From Pseudomonadota bacterium (GTDB lineage Bacteria > Bdellovibrionota_G > JALEGL01 > DATDPG01): a DNA stretch of 64,000 nucleotides. A program made the translations under genes and the position numbers. The notes below the pieces were generated by a model. That model was not told the DNA's origin, searched no databases, and worked only from the letters and a program-made list of their open reading frames with translations. The stretch spans positions 1 through 64,000 of the forward strand of contig JAZDDX010000024.1 in NCBI GenBank assembly GCA_043809315.1, written 5' to 3'. Below are positions 26,543 to 36,323 of the stretch, piece after piece. Every line of letters begins with the position of its first letter. The stretch's first letter is position 1.

Positions 26543-27749
26543 ACTGCCAGACATGGTCCCCTCCGATGTTCGGAACTTCCTCCACCGTCTGCCACCACTT
26601 CTGATACGCGGCTAGCTTCGCGGCGTCGTTCGCCTGGTATGCCCCGGTGGAACTGAATCCGTACTCGCCGATGTAGAGCGGCTTTCCGGCCCCCGCCGCG
26701 ATCTTCGCCGCATCGCGAATGAATAGATCTCCCGCTTTGGCGGCATCGGCGATCCCGGGGCAGCTGCTGGTGCTCCAGTAACAGAACTGCAGCAGCGGAT
26801 AGACATGGATGCTGGCGAAGTCGATCTCCGGGATCTGCGTATTGAGCGTGTAGCTGATGCCCGCGCCGCCGTTGACTTCCCACGCCTGCGCACTCGCATA
26901 GTACGGATCGTGAGCCGGGAGGTTGGCATCGAGCCCCGTCTCCCCCGTCCCGACGAGGTGCTTGGAATCGATTCCCTTGATGAACTGCGCCATCTCCCGC
27001 ATCCAGTCCCGGACATAGAGATTCCGGTTTACGTCCCCCTCGCCTCGGCCCCCTTCCGGCTCATTCATCAGCTCCCACGCCATGATCGTCGGTTCATCCT
27101 TGTAAGCCACTCCGGTCTCCGTGTTGACGCGGTTCAAGATCATCTCGACGTAGTTCTTGTACATCTTCTTGGTCGCGTCGCTCGTGTAGTAGAGGCGATA
27201 GATGTTGTTGTCCATGATGTCGGCTCCGTCCGGGCTGGAGATCAATCCGGCCCAGAGGAGATACTGACAGGCGCCCCCGGAAGCGTGATTGTGAATGGAG
27301 TTTGTCAGCGTGACGATCAGTTTGACCCCTTTATCTTTCGCTTTTTTTACGACCCGATCGAGCCCCACAAGGGCGCCCTCTTGGTAGACCCCCGCCGCGG
27401 TCTGGATGGTCGTCGTCTTCACTTCGGTCTCCCCGCAATTCGAGCCACCGCCGTCGGCGAACGCGAAGATTCGGATCACGTCGGTGTTCGAAAGGACGAG
27501 CGCGGCGATCCGGGAGTCGACCTGTCCCGACGAGAAGGTTTCAAGCCCCGGGAGATCGAATTCGTTACTCCCTCCGAAGAAGAAGGGGGTTCCATCCAGG
27601 TAGAACTTAGAGTCTTGGACGTAGACGAACCCGGCTTCGATCATCGAACGTCCTTCTCCGCTGTCTTTATTCTTTTCCTGGTTGTTGCCTCCGCCGTCGC
27701 AGGCCGCAAGGACCGCCACCAGACCCAAACCGATCGGCCATTTCGTCAT
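26415..27749 (-). CDS. GH5 endo-beta-mannanase-like lipoprotein
   Basis: LAAC lipobox, AWELMNEP, SIHVYP, YIGEYG catalytic motifs. Confidence 0.88.
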   Translation of the reverse strand: MTKWPIGLGLVAVLAACDGGGNNQEKNKDSGEGRSMIEAGFVYVQDSKFYLDGTPFFFGGSNEFDLPGLETFSSGQVDSRIAALVLSNTDVIRIFAFADGGGSNCGETEVKTTTIQTAAGVYQEGALVGLDRVVKKAKDKGVKLIVTLTNSIHNHASGGACQYLLWAGLISSPDGADIMDNNIYRLYYTSDATKKMYKNYVEMILNRVNTETGVAYKDEPTIMAWELMNEPEGGRGEGDVNRNLYVRDWMREMAQFIKGIDSKHLVGTGETGLDANLPAHDPYYASAQAWEVNGGAGISYTLNTQIPEIDFASIHVYPLLQFCYWSTSSCPGIADAAKAGDLFIRDAAKIAAGAGKPLYIGEYGFSSTGAYQANDAAKLAAYQKWWQTVEEVPNIGGDHVWQFIDADAPWWIALWNAAADIRHPQDSPLWEEYRQHNLDMAAKR

Positions 27750-27763
27750 AGGTAATGGGTTGT

Positions 27764-27779
27764 CGCAAGAACTGTTCCA
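27764..27779 (-). promoter_or_regulatory. Putative sigma54 promoter of the GH5 gene
   Basis: Minus strand TGGAAC-AGTTC-TTGCG. Confidence 0.55.
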
Positions 27780-27925
27780 GAGGAGATCAGGTTTTCCTCA
27801 TCTATTTCAGGAGTTTGTATTGCGCCCAAGCACGGGGGCCATGAAAAAAGTTCAACTCACCGTTCGGAGATGGCTACTTCTTGCGTAGGCCCTGCCCGAG
27901 AAAAATCCTAGAACCCACGTGGGGC

Positions 27926-28219
27926 TCAATGAACGATCTGCGGCGTCGGAGGGGCCGCGGTCTCGGGGATCGTGCCGTACATCTCTTCGTACTTCTTGAG
28001 GGAGTCGGACATCACCCGCACGATCCGTTTCATGTGACTGGGGCTCACGATCACCCGAGCGACGAGTTTCCCCGCCGGAGGGAAGACGCTGAAAAAGTCC
28101 AAGAGGAACTCCTCTCTCGTGTGCGCGATCGTGGCATTGTTGGAGTAGGTTCCCCCAAGCGTGTCGTCCGTCACACGGACCTGCATTTGTGGCACTGGGT
28201 TTTGCGGATCATTCGCCAT
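27926..28219 (-). CDS. DUF3467 domain protein
   Basis: GTYSNNATIAHTREEFLLDF...ARVIVSPSHMK...YEEMYGTI. Confidence 0.88.
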   Translation of the reverse strand: MANDPQNPVPQMQVRVTDDTLGGTYSNNATIAHTREEFLLDFFSVFPPAGKLVARVIVSPSHMKRIVRVMSDSLKKYEEMYGTIPETAAPPTPQIVH

Positions 28220-28462
28220 GGCATCTTCCTCTTTCGGTCCCCAGAATCGTCAAAACGGGCGATTTCGGCAAGATCCGCATCGGCTGCAACGTCCCAGGTT
28301 CAACCGGAGAATACGGTGGCTCGATCACGAAGTTTGGGAAGAGAGGAGTGGGCGCGCAAAAAGTAGCGTTTACCCGAGAAACCCGAAACTTTATGCATAG
28401 TGTCAGCACGAAGGGACGCTCGTAACCACTTGAATTGATTTGAGTCTTTAAAGAACCGACGT

Positions 28463-28478
28463 TGGATTGTTTCTTGCT
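28463..28478 (+). promoter_or_regulatory. Putative sigma54 promoter of the GLUG gene
   Basis: TGGATT-GTTTC-TTGCT. Confidence 0.5.
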
Positions 28479-28516
28479 TTCCCAAAGGGGGGGCGGATCC
28501 CAGGGAGGACGGAAAG

Positions 28517-30223
28517 ATGAAACGTCGGATCGATTTATTCTTGGTTCTGTTTTTAGTCGCTTTTGCTCTTTGGGGATGCGGTTCTCGGGTCTCTGTGAGC
28601 GGAGACGACCCGAACGCCGCTTACAGCCCCGCGACATCCGGCGAAGAGGCCGAGGGCGCCAACGCGCAGTGCGCGCCTTTTCCCGTCTCGTCCCTGTGCG
28701 AAGTGCGTATACCGGCCCCCCCCCCGATTCCTTCTCCCAAGGCGGTTCTGACGGTCTCGGACGGGCCGATCTGCGACCTGGGCCAGGTTCCGATCGGTTG
28801 GAGCACCGACAAGATGTTGACGGTCACCAACACCGGGATTGGCACGGCCAAGAACCTCCAAAACTGGAGCTATTTTCCGACGTACGAGTTTCGGTTCAAA
28901 GGGGGGATCTTCCCCGGCCAGGGGGGAACCTGCGCGGTGGGACAGAGCCTGGTGGTCGGCCAGAGCTGCACCTTGATGATCACCTTCACCCCGGATTTCG
29001 TCTACAGGGCCGAGTCGCGGATTCATCTGACCTACCTGGATGAGGGATACCCGCGGAGCGGCGGCCGCTCGGTGCGGGGAAGCGGGACATTCTGCATCCG
29101 GTCCGATCCGGACTTCGGGGGAGGGATTGGAACACCGGAGGATCCGTATCTCATTTACAACGTGTCCCAGCTTCAAAACGTCCATGATCACGTGGGGTGC
29201 CATTTCAAGCTGATGAGCGATCTCAATCTCGCAGGGATTCCGTTCGCCCCCTTGGGGGATCCCGGACCGTCCGGCTATGTCGACCTGGAGTTCAGCGGGA
29301 GTTTCGACGGCAACAACCACGCGATTAATAACTTCACGTTCGCCAACGCTCAAAAGAACTACGTCGGGTTCTTCGCGTACGTCGCCGCGTCCGGCACCAT
29401 CAAAAATCTCCGGCTGGGCGCCCTGGAGGTTACCGGGAATTCGATGGTCGGTGGATTGGCGGGCTGGATCGACGCCCAACTTTCCCCCGACAGGAAGCTG
29501 TGGCACGGGACGATCGAGAACTGCAGCGTCACCGGGAAAGTCACCGGCGGCACGACGCTCGGCGGCCTTGCGGGATACAGCACGGGAAACATTCTTAACT
29601 CTTCCTCGTCGGCCACGGTGACCGGGGTCGGGTACGCGTGGTACGTCGGAGGGCTCGCGGGGGTCTCCATCGGGGGGAAGATCAGCCGCTCCCACGCGAC
29701 CGGGGATCTGTTCCTGAACGGCTCGGCCAACCAGGTCGCCGGGGGGTTGGTCGGGGAGATCGGCACCAACGAAGTCGGCCCCTCCGTCAAAGACCCGGCC
29801 GTGATCGAGACCTCGTACGCGACCGGGGCGATCCACGACGGAAGAAGCTGGGTGGGAGGTTTCGCCGGGGCGATCTCGGACGCCTCCGTGAAGAACTGCT
29901 ATTCCGCCGGGACCGTCTCCGCCGGGGGGTACCGGATCGGAGGGTTCGCGGGCGAGATGCTGAACGCCACGCTCGCCAACAGCTACTCGGCCAGCGTCGT
30001 TTCGATCATTGGGGGAGCCTTGGACGTGGGGGGCCTCATCGGCGGCCGCTCCAACAGCGCCGTGACGAACTCCTTCTGGGACATTACGCTCAACTCTTCG
30101 TTGCCGGACGACGGGAACGGCCGCTCCACCGCGTTCCTGAAGACCCAGAGCGGTTACCCCGCGAGCTGGGACTTTACGAACGTCTGGGTGATGCCGGCCG
30201 TGAGTTATCCCCTCCTGAGATAA
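28517..30223 (+). CDS. GLUG-repeat surface lipoprotein with an Ig-like domain
   Basis: LWGC lipobox; GGGIGTPEDPYLI, FSGSFDGNNH, repeated VGGLAG, WDFTNVW. Confidence 0.85.
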   Translation: MKRRIDLFLVLFLVAFALWGCGSRVSVSGDDPNAAYSPATSGEEAEGANAQCAPFPVSSLCEVRIPAPPPIPSPKAVLTVSDGPICDLGQVPIGWSTDKMLTVTNTGIGTAKNLQNWSYFPTYEFRFKGGIFPGQGGTCAVGQSLVVGQSCTLMITFTPDFVYRAESRIHLTYLDEGYPRSGGRSVRGSGTFCIRSDPDFGGGIGTPEDPYLIYNVSQLQNVHDHVGCHFKLMSDLNLAGIPFAPLGDPGPSGYVDLEFSGSFDGNNHAINNFTFANAQKNYVGFFAYVAASGTIKNLRLGALEVTGNSMVGGLAGWIDAQLSPDRKLWHGTIENCSVTGKVTGGTTLGGLAGYSTGNILNSSSSATVTGVGYAWYVGGLAGVSIGGKISRSHATGDLFLNGSANQVAGGLVGEIGTNEVGPSVKDPAVIETSYATGAIHDGRSWVGGFAGAISDASVKNCYSAGTVSAGGYRIGGFAGEMLNATLANSYSASVVSIIGGALDVGGLIGGRSNSAVTNSFWDITLNSSLPDDGNGRSTAFLKTQSGYPASWDFTNVWVMPAVSYPLLR

Positions 30224-30432
30224 ACCGGGTCGTCAATCCTTCCCGCCGCGCAACAGTTGCAGGCGTGCGCGGGCATTTTCGGGGACCGTCCAGTATCGGG
30301 CGTGGTTCCGCAACGAGCTGCGCTCCTTTGTCACCTCAGAAAAATCCGCTCATATCAATCGATGGGAAGCTGGAGATTGATTAAACAACTTCCACGAGGA
30401 ATCCACCCGCCCGAATCGCTCACAAACGTTTC

Positions 30433-32151
30433 TCAGCATACCGATCCTTTGTATAACTCTTCCACCTCCCGGTGGTAGCGCCGGGCGATCTCCCGGCGGC
30501 GGACTTTGAGTGTCGGGGTCAACTCCCCCTCGTCGATCGTCCAGGGGGAGGAGAGCAGACGGAACCGCTTGACCGTCTCGTACGACGTGCGCGTGGCATT
30601 GACGCGGGAGAAGATCACTTCGAACCAGGCCCGGACCTCCTCCCGTTCCACCAACTCTCGGGAAGAGGAAAACCGGAGACCGTGTTCGCGCGCTCTCGAT
30701 TCCAGAGTGGCGAAATGGGGAACGACGAGCGCAACGATGTAGTTCTTCCCGTCCCCGACGAGACAGACCTGATCGATCAACGGGTCGGTCGTGATCTCGT
30801 TCTCGATCGGTTGTGGCGCAACTTTTTTTCCGCCGGAGGTGATGATCAGATCTTTCTTCCGGTCGGTGATCCGGAGGTGCCCGTCCCGGTCGGTTTCCCC
30901 GATGTCCCCGGTCCGGAACCAGCCGTCGGGATCGATCACCTCAGCGGTCCCTTGCGGATCTTTGTAGTACCCCTTCATCACGTTGGGGCCGCGCACCCAA
31001 ATCTCGCCGTCGGAGGCGATCTTCACCTCCACCCCCGGGATCGGCGGGCCGACCGTTCCGATTCTGTTTTGTCCGGGCCGATTCACGGTGACGAGCGGCG
31101 AGGTCTCCGTCAGGCCGTATCCTTCCAAGATCGGCTGGCCGATCGTGTCGAAGAAACGGGCGACCTCCGTCAAGAGGGGGGCCCCTCCCGAGACGACGAT
31201 CCGAGTTGATCCGCCGAAACCGCCGCGGGCTTTGCGATAGATGAGGAGTTCATAGAGCGGGAAAAGGGGGTTCCACCGCCCGGATCGGAGAGCCCGCTCG
31301 AAGAGGATCCGAAGGAACTTCGACCGGGTGGCTGCAACCTCCCGCACGCGCGCATGATACTTCTCGAGCATTCGAGGCACGGCGATTACGATCGTCGGCC
31401 GCACGTCGAGAAAATCTTGGGCGATCGTTGTCATCTCTTGAGCGAAGGAGATCGTGACCCCTTTCGAAAGCATCGTGAGAATCCCCGCCGTGTGTTCCAG
31501 GGCGTGGCTCAACGGGAGGAACGAAAGCGTCCGATCCCCGGGCCCGATTTCGACGACGGCGGTCATCGCTTCGATGTTCGAGACGAGGTTCGCGTGCGTG
31601 AGCATCACCCCTTTCGGGTCCCCGGTGGTTCCCGACGTATAGATGAGGGTGGCGACATCCTCCGGTTGGATTTTCCGGCGCCGGAGTTCCAGTTTCTCCG
31701 TTGAGATCCTCTCTCCGTCCCGGCGGAGCTGATCGTGTCGGAGATCCCCCTTGTCAGCACGGACCAGGATCTGGGAGGGGAGCTTGGCTTCCCGTGCCAA
31801 CGGCAGGTATCTCTCCGAGACCAGAATCATCTTGGCTTCGCAGTGCCGGAAGATGAACCGCGCCGTGGTCAGGCTGCTGTTAGAGTAGATCGGAACCGTG
31901 ACCGCGCCGATCCAGAGGATGGCGAGATCGGCGACGACCCACTCGGGGCGACTCCCGCTCAAGATGCAGACCGGATCCCCAGGGCCAACTCCGCGGGCGA
32001 TCAGCCCTTTGGCCACCGCTTCCACGTCGGAGGCGAGATCGACATAGGAAAGTTCGTTCCAGGTCTCCCCCTCTTTCCAGCGCACCGCCACCTGATCCGC
32101 GTGACGCGTAAACGCCGAGGCGAGGAGATCCACGAGAGTCACGGAACCCAT
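30433..32151 (-). CDS. fadD: Long-chain fatty acid-CoA ligase
   Basis: IYTSGTTGDPKGV, EGYGLTE, GWFRTGDIG, DRKKDLI. Confidence 0.92.
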   Translation of the reverse strand: MGSVTLVDLLASAFTRHADQVAVRWKEGETWNELSYVDLASDVEAVAKGLIARGVGPGDPVCILSGSRPEWVVADLAILWIGAVTVPIYSNSSLTTARFIFRHCEAKMILVSERYLPLAREAKLPSQILVRADKGDLRHDQLRRDGERISTEKLELRRRKIQPEDVATLIYTSGTTGDPKGVMLTHANLVSNIEAMTAVVEIGPGDRTLSFLPLSHALEHTAGILTMLSKGVTISFAQEMTTIAQDFLDVRPTIVIAVPRMLEKYHARVREVAATRSKFLRILFERALRSGRWNPLFPLYELLIYRKARGGFGGSTRIVVSGGAPLLTEVARFFDTIGQPILEGYGLTETSPLVTVNRPGQNRIGTVGPPIPGVEVKIASDGEIWVRGPNVMKGYYKDPQGTAEVIDPDGWFRTGDIGETDRDGHLRITDRKKDLIITSGGKKVAPQPIENEITTDPLIDQVCLVGDGKNYIVALVVPHFATLESRAREHGLRFSSSRELVEREEVRAWFEVIFSRVNATRTSYETVKRFRLLSSPWTIDEGELTPTLKVRRREIARRYHREVEELYKGSVC

Positions 32152-32219
32152 CTTACGGATCCCGGTCGACAGCGGAAGACAATTGAATTTTGGGTCATCC
32201 CCCGCTATCGATACCCATC

Positions 32220-34397
32220 ATGCGTGGTTTTCTGGGTACGGCGGTCGGAGTGTTCCTCCTCTTCTCGGTCGCCTACGGCGCCCCGGTCGCCCGAGAACCG
32301 CGACAACCGGAGCGGTTCGTCGACGTGAACGGTCAGCGGGTGGGGGTGTTCTCTCATCCCCGACTCTGGCTGGATCCCGCGAGGATCGCAAGACTCAAGA
32401 CGAAGGCGGTTTTTTCCAACCCGATCTGGGTGGCGCTCGAGAACACGAATGCAAGTCAAATCCAGAATGGAGCCTACCAAAAGGCCGCCTACTCCACGCT
32501 TCTCTTGAACTTCGCGGTCGGGTACCTGGCCTCCGGCCGCGGCGCATACCTTCGCGCGGCCAAAGCGCTGCTGGCCAACTTCCCCGTTCGGTTCGATCTC
32601 ACGTGTGACGGGTCGGAGTACTGCGGAAACGCCAACCTCGACTACGGATCGGAAACGTTGATGCACATCGCCGTGGCCTACGACTGGTTGTCATCCGACC
32701 TGACCGACGCGGAGAAGGGATCGATCCGCGGCTGGGTTTTCACCCGCCTGATCCCGTTTCTCCGGAAGCATCCATATTATGGTGACCCGACGCACAACCT
32801 GGGGCACACGAAGTGGATCGGGGAGTTCCTGTGGTCGCTGGCCACGTTGGGGGAGGACGGCCGCGCCGAAGCGATCTTTAAGGAGCAATACGCCTTCTGG
32901 AACGATCGCGTCGCCCCGCTCTTCGATCAGTATTATCCCGGCGGCCACACGTTCGGCGGGAGCGGGTACGGGTACAACCGGAGTTTCAAGTTCGCGCTGT
33001 ACGGAATGGAAGCTATGACGACGGCGACCACGATCGACGGGTACCGCGGGCATCCCTGGGCGTTGCAGGAACTGCTCTACCGGATTCACTCCGTTCTCCC
33101 GAGCCGGGACTCCTTTCACGCCGATTGGGAATCGGCGGAGGCGCTCTTCAACCTGGGTCGGCAGACCGAGAACGAGGCTCTCCTGGTGCGCCGGTTTCAA
33201 GGGACACGGGAAGCCAAGATCGGCCAGTATTTCCTGAACCAGGTCTTCCGTCCGCAGGCTTACGCGAACCGGGGTGGAAACCGGGTCCATCCGTACTACA
33301 GTGGGCTCTGGTTCCTCTGGTACGACCCTGCGGACCCGGAGCTTCCGTACCTGGACGACCCGACGGCCTACGTGGCTCCGGGCCTCGGAGTCGGTTTCAC
33401 GCGGACGAGTTGGAGTGACAGGAAATCGGCATGGGCGAGCCTTTCCTCTTCGTCGTACGTCGGGGACCACCAACTTCATAACGAGGGGAGCTTCAAGATC
33501 TGGAAGAACGGGCAATACCTCGTGATCGAAAACGGCCGCTGCTATGCCGCCAACTCCGGCGATGGAACACCGACCGACGCGAACATCCTGTTTCTCGGTG
33601 ACGGCGATGTGGGACGATGGCGTTCGGCCGTCACCGGCGGGCTCCCTCGTCGCGGGGACACGAGTCAGGCCGAGATCTCCCATTTCTCCCAGCAGAGTTC
33701 GTACGCGTACTTCGAGGGGGACCTTTCGAAAGCGTATGTTCCGTCAAAATTCCCGCTCCGTTTTTTTCACCGGATCTTCACGCACTTCCGTGCCCCCTCC
33801 GGGAGCCCGAACGATTATTTTGTTGTCGCGGATCGGATCGACTCAGCCAAAACGATGACGAAACGATCGTTCATTCATCTTCCGAAGCGGCCCCAACTGT
33901 CGGGACGGGACGCGACGCTGATCCTTGGGGAGGCCCGGCTGAACCTGCGGAGTCTTCTCCCGGAGAACGCCACGGTCTCACGCGACCCTGTCGTCAAGAA
34001 GAGCGGAGGTTGTCTGCCGCAGGAGGAGGGGGACCAGCCGTCGCGAGTGACCGTCTCCGCGCCCGCCGGGAAGGAGGATTTCCATCTGACGGTTTTCCAG
34101 GCTGGATCGGCCGCTTCCGCGATGCCGGAGACGGAGACGATCTCCTCCGGAAAACTGATAGGGGTTCTCATCAAAGATCCGGTGCTCAATCGGGTCCTGG
34201 TGGTGAGTGTCGACGCAGCGGAACTTTCCGGCGCGCTCACGTTTACGTGTCACCCGACCGGGAAGACCGAATTTGTCGTGGCGGATCTCCCCCCAGGTAC
34301 GAAATATGACGTGACGATCGCCGGCTCGTCGGTGACGCTCACCCCTTCCTCCCCCGGGCAGGTCCGCGCGGACGATAAAGGGGTTCTCCATTTCTAG
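32220..34397 (+). CDS. Secreted heparinase II/III-like (alpha/alpha toroid plus beta-sandwich) protein
   Basis: HPRLWL, AVAYDW, THNLGH, RTSWSD, GDHQLHNEGSFKI. Confidence 0.72.
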   Translation: MRGFLGTAVGVFLLFSVAYGAPVAREPRQPERFVDVNGQRVGVFSHPRLWLDPARIARLKTKAVFSNPIWVALENTNASQIQNGAYQKAAYSTLLLNFAVGYLASGRGAYLRAAKALLANFPVRFDLTCDGSEYCGNANLDYGSETLMHIAVAYDWLSSDLTDAEKGSIRGWVFTRLIPFLRKHPYYGDPTHNLGHTKWIGEFLWSLATLGEDGRAEAIFKEQYAFWNDRVAPLFDQYYPGGHTFGGSGYGYNRSFKFALYGMEAMTTATTIDGYRGHPWALQELLYRIHSVLPSRDSFHADWESAEALFNLGRQTENEALLVRRFQGTREAKIGQYFLNQVFRPQAYANRGGNRVHPYYSGLWFLWYDPADPELPYLDDPTAYVAPGLGVGFTRTSWSDRKSAWASLSSSSYVGDHQLHNEGSFKIWKNGQYLVIENGRCYAANSGDGTPTDANILFLGDGDVGRWRSAVTGGLPRRGDTSQAEISHFSQQSSYAYFEGDLSKAYVPSKFPLRFFHRIFTHFRAPSGSPNDYFVVADRIDSAKTMTKRSFIHLPKRPQLSGRDATLILGEARLNLRSLLPENATVSRDPVVKKSGGCLPQEEGDQPSRVTVSAPAGKEDFHLTVFQAGSAASAMPETETISSGKLIGVLIKDPVLNRVLVVSVDAAELSGALTFTCHPTGKTEFVVADLPPGTKYDVTIAGSSVTLTPSSPGQVRADDKGVLHF

Positions 34398-34413
34398 TCG
34401 TCCCAATGGTAGG

Positions 34414-35022
34414 ATGAGAAAACCTATGTGGAATGTCCGATCATTGAGCCTCACCGCCGTTGTCCTGTTCCTGGCCGCGGGGTGCGCGGCGCGGTCCTCC
34501 CCGGTGGCAAAGCCCGAAGCCGAAAAAGAAGCGCCGCCGGAAACGACCGCCATCGGCCCCGACGACGTGCTCCAGGTGGATGTCTGGAGACATCCCGAAT
34601 TGTCGAAGGAGGTCACGGTGCGTCCGGACGGATTCATTTCCCTTCCGCTCGTGAAGGACGTCGCCACCAACGGGCTTTCGGCCACTTCTCTGGCGCAGGT
34701 TCTGCGCGAGAAGTTCACGGAGTTCGTGGATGATCCGGAAGTGACGGTGATCGCCAAGGCCGTGAACAGCTACAAAGTTTACGTGTTGGGAAAGGTCACG
34801 ACTTCAGGAATGTTCACCGCGAAGTCGCCGGTGTCGGTGGTTCAAGTGATCGCGATGGCGGGGGGATTCACCCCGTTCGCTAAAACCAGTCGTGTCGTCG
34901 TTCTCCGAAGGTCGCAGGGAAAAGATATCCGGATCGTGGTCGATTACGACGACATCGTCCGGGGTCGGCATCCCGAGCGGAACGTCATGTTAAAACCGGG
35001 CGATACGGTCATCGTTCCCTAG
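34414..35022 (+). CDS. wza: Polysaccharide export lipoprotein (short OPX/Wza)
   Basis: IGPDDVLQVDVW...VRPDGFISLPL, SLBB domain, LKPGDTVIVP. Confidence 0.92.
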   Translation: MRKPMWNVRSLSLTAVVLFLAAGCAARSSPVAKPEAEKEAPPETTAIGPDDVLQVDVWRHPELSKEVTVRPDGFISLPLVKDVATNGLSATSLAQVLREKFTEFVDDPEVTVIAKAVNSYKVYVLGKVTTSGMFTAKSPVSVVQVIAMAGGFTPFAKTSRVVVLRRSQGKDIRIVVDYDDIVRGRHPERNVMLKPGDTVIVP

Positions 35023-35028
35023 ATCCTC

Positions 35029-36216
35029 ATGAACGCGCGGACCATCGTCCTCGCCGGCTCGGTGCTCTCGGCTTCGGCTTTCGCCCAACAGGGGGCTCCC
35101 AACGTCCCTCCGCAGGGGTTTCAGTTCATCCCCTCGCTGGCCATCACCGAAACCTATGATGACAATGCCCTGGGGACGCAGAGCGGAGAATCGGTCGATT
35201 CAGCGATGATCCTCGAGCCTTCGGTCCAGTTTCTCAACACGTCGGACAGGTCCAATCAGGAGCTCGATTACACGTTGTCGTACGAAAAATTCTGGGGGGG
35301 TACGTTGCGGCGCTCGTTTTCCCACCAGGGGCGCTATCGGGGATTGTTTGACGTTTCTCCACGCGTCACCCTGACGGTCGAGCAGCGGATTTCATACAGT
35401 CCTCTGATCTCCCTCCTGTATTCCCCGGACTTGAATACGACACCTCAGTTCGTCCGATTGAAGACATTCCGGAACGCCACGGAGTTCTCGCCGATGGTCC
35501 GATTGAGTGAGCGCTCGAATCTCGAACTCAAGGGGGCGTTTTATCTGACGCTGAGCCGAGAGGCCCAGATGTTTGCGACGACGCCCGTGAACACGAGACC
35601 CATTTACCAGGCGAAGGGGGGGATGACTCTCGTCCATCGCCTCAACGAGAGGGATTCGATCCGACCGAGCCTCACGACCGACTATTTCTGGTTCCCCGGA
35701 TCGAACGACGTGGTCAATCTGAGCGCGAACGTCGGTTGGTCCCGAAGGTGGAACCCTTCCTTGGAGACCGTGCTCGGGGGAGGGATCCTGGAAACGGTGC
35801 CGAGAGGGGGGGGGGATTCTTTGACGAACCTTGCCGGCAAGGTTTCCGCTTCCTACCGGGAGGATCCCTGGGAGTTTCACATGACCTATGCCCGAAGCTC
35901 ATCGACCTTGGCGGGGTTCAGCGCGACGTTCATTCAGGATACGGTCACGGCGGGGACCTCCGTCTTGTTCGCTCAAACCTGGGTCTTTCGCCTCGACCCG
36001 GCCTACTCCCGATCTGTCAGTGCGGAAACCGGAGCGGTCCTGGCGGGTCTCTTCGTGGACACGGGAATTCAGGGGATGATCCGCCCCGGGCTCCAGCTCT
36101 CGATCCATTATCGGTACCGGGTCCAGGGTTCCGACAATCCAGCTTGGGAGGGGTACACACGGAACCTCGCCGCGGCGACGCTAAACATCGTAAACTTCCG
36201 GGATTTAAAGATTTAA
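35029..36216 (+). CDS. Outer-membrane beta-barrel protein of the EPS export system
   Basis: Signal peptide, PSLAITETYDDN, amphipathic strands, location between wza and wzc. Confidence 0.75.
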   Translation: MNARTIVLAGSVLSASAFAQQGAPNVPPQGFQFIPSLAITETYDDNALGTQSGESVDSAMILEPSVQFLNTSDRSNQELDYTLSYEKFWGGTLRRSFSHQGRYRGLFDVSPRVTLTVEQRISYSPLISLLYSPDLNTTPQFVRLKTFRNATEFSPMVRLSERSNLELKGAFYLTLSREAQMFATTPVNTRPIYQAKGGMTLVHRLNERDSIRPSLTTDYFWFPGSNDVVNLSANVGWSRRWNPSLETVLGGGILETVPRGGGDSLTNLAGKVSASYREDPWEFHMTYARSSSTLAGFSATFIQDTVTAGTSVLFAQTWVFRLDPAYSRSVSAETGAVLAGLFVDTGIQGMIRPGLQLSIHYRYRVQGSDNPAWEGYTRNLAAATLNIVNFRDLKI

Positions 36217-36323
36217 TCATGTCCGAAACCGATCCACGTGGCCAACTTCGTGGAGAGAAGCAATTAGTGCATTGCATTAATATTCGGACTCTGATAGGAA
36301 GGCCCATTGAATAATTTCGCGCA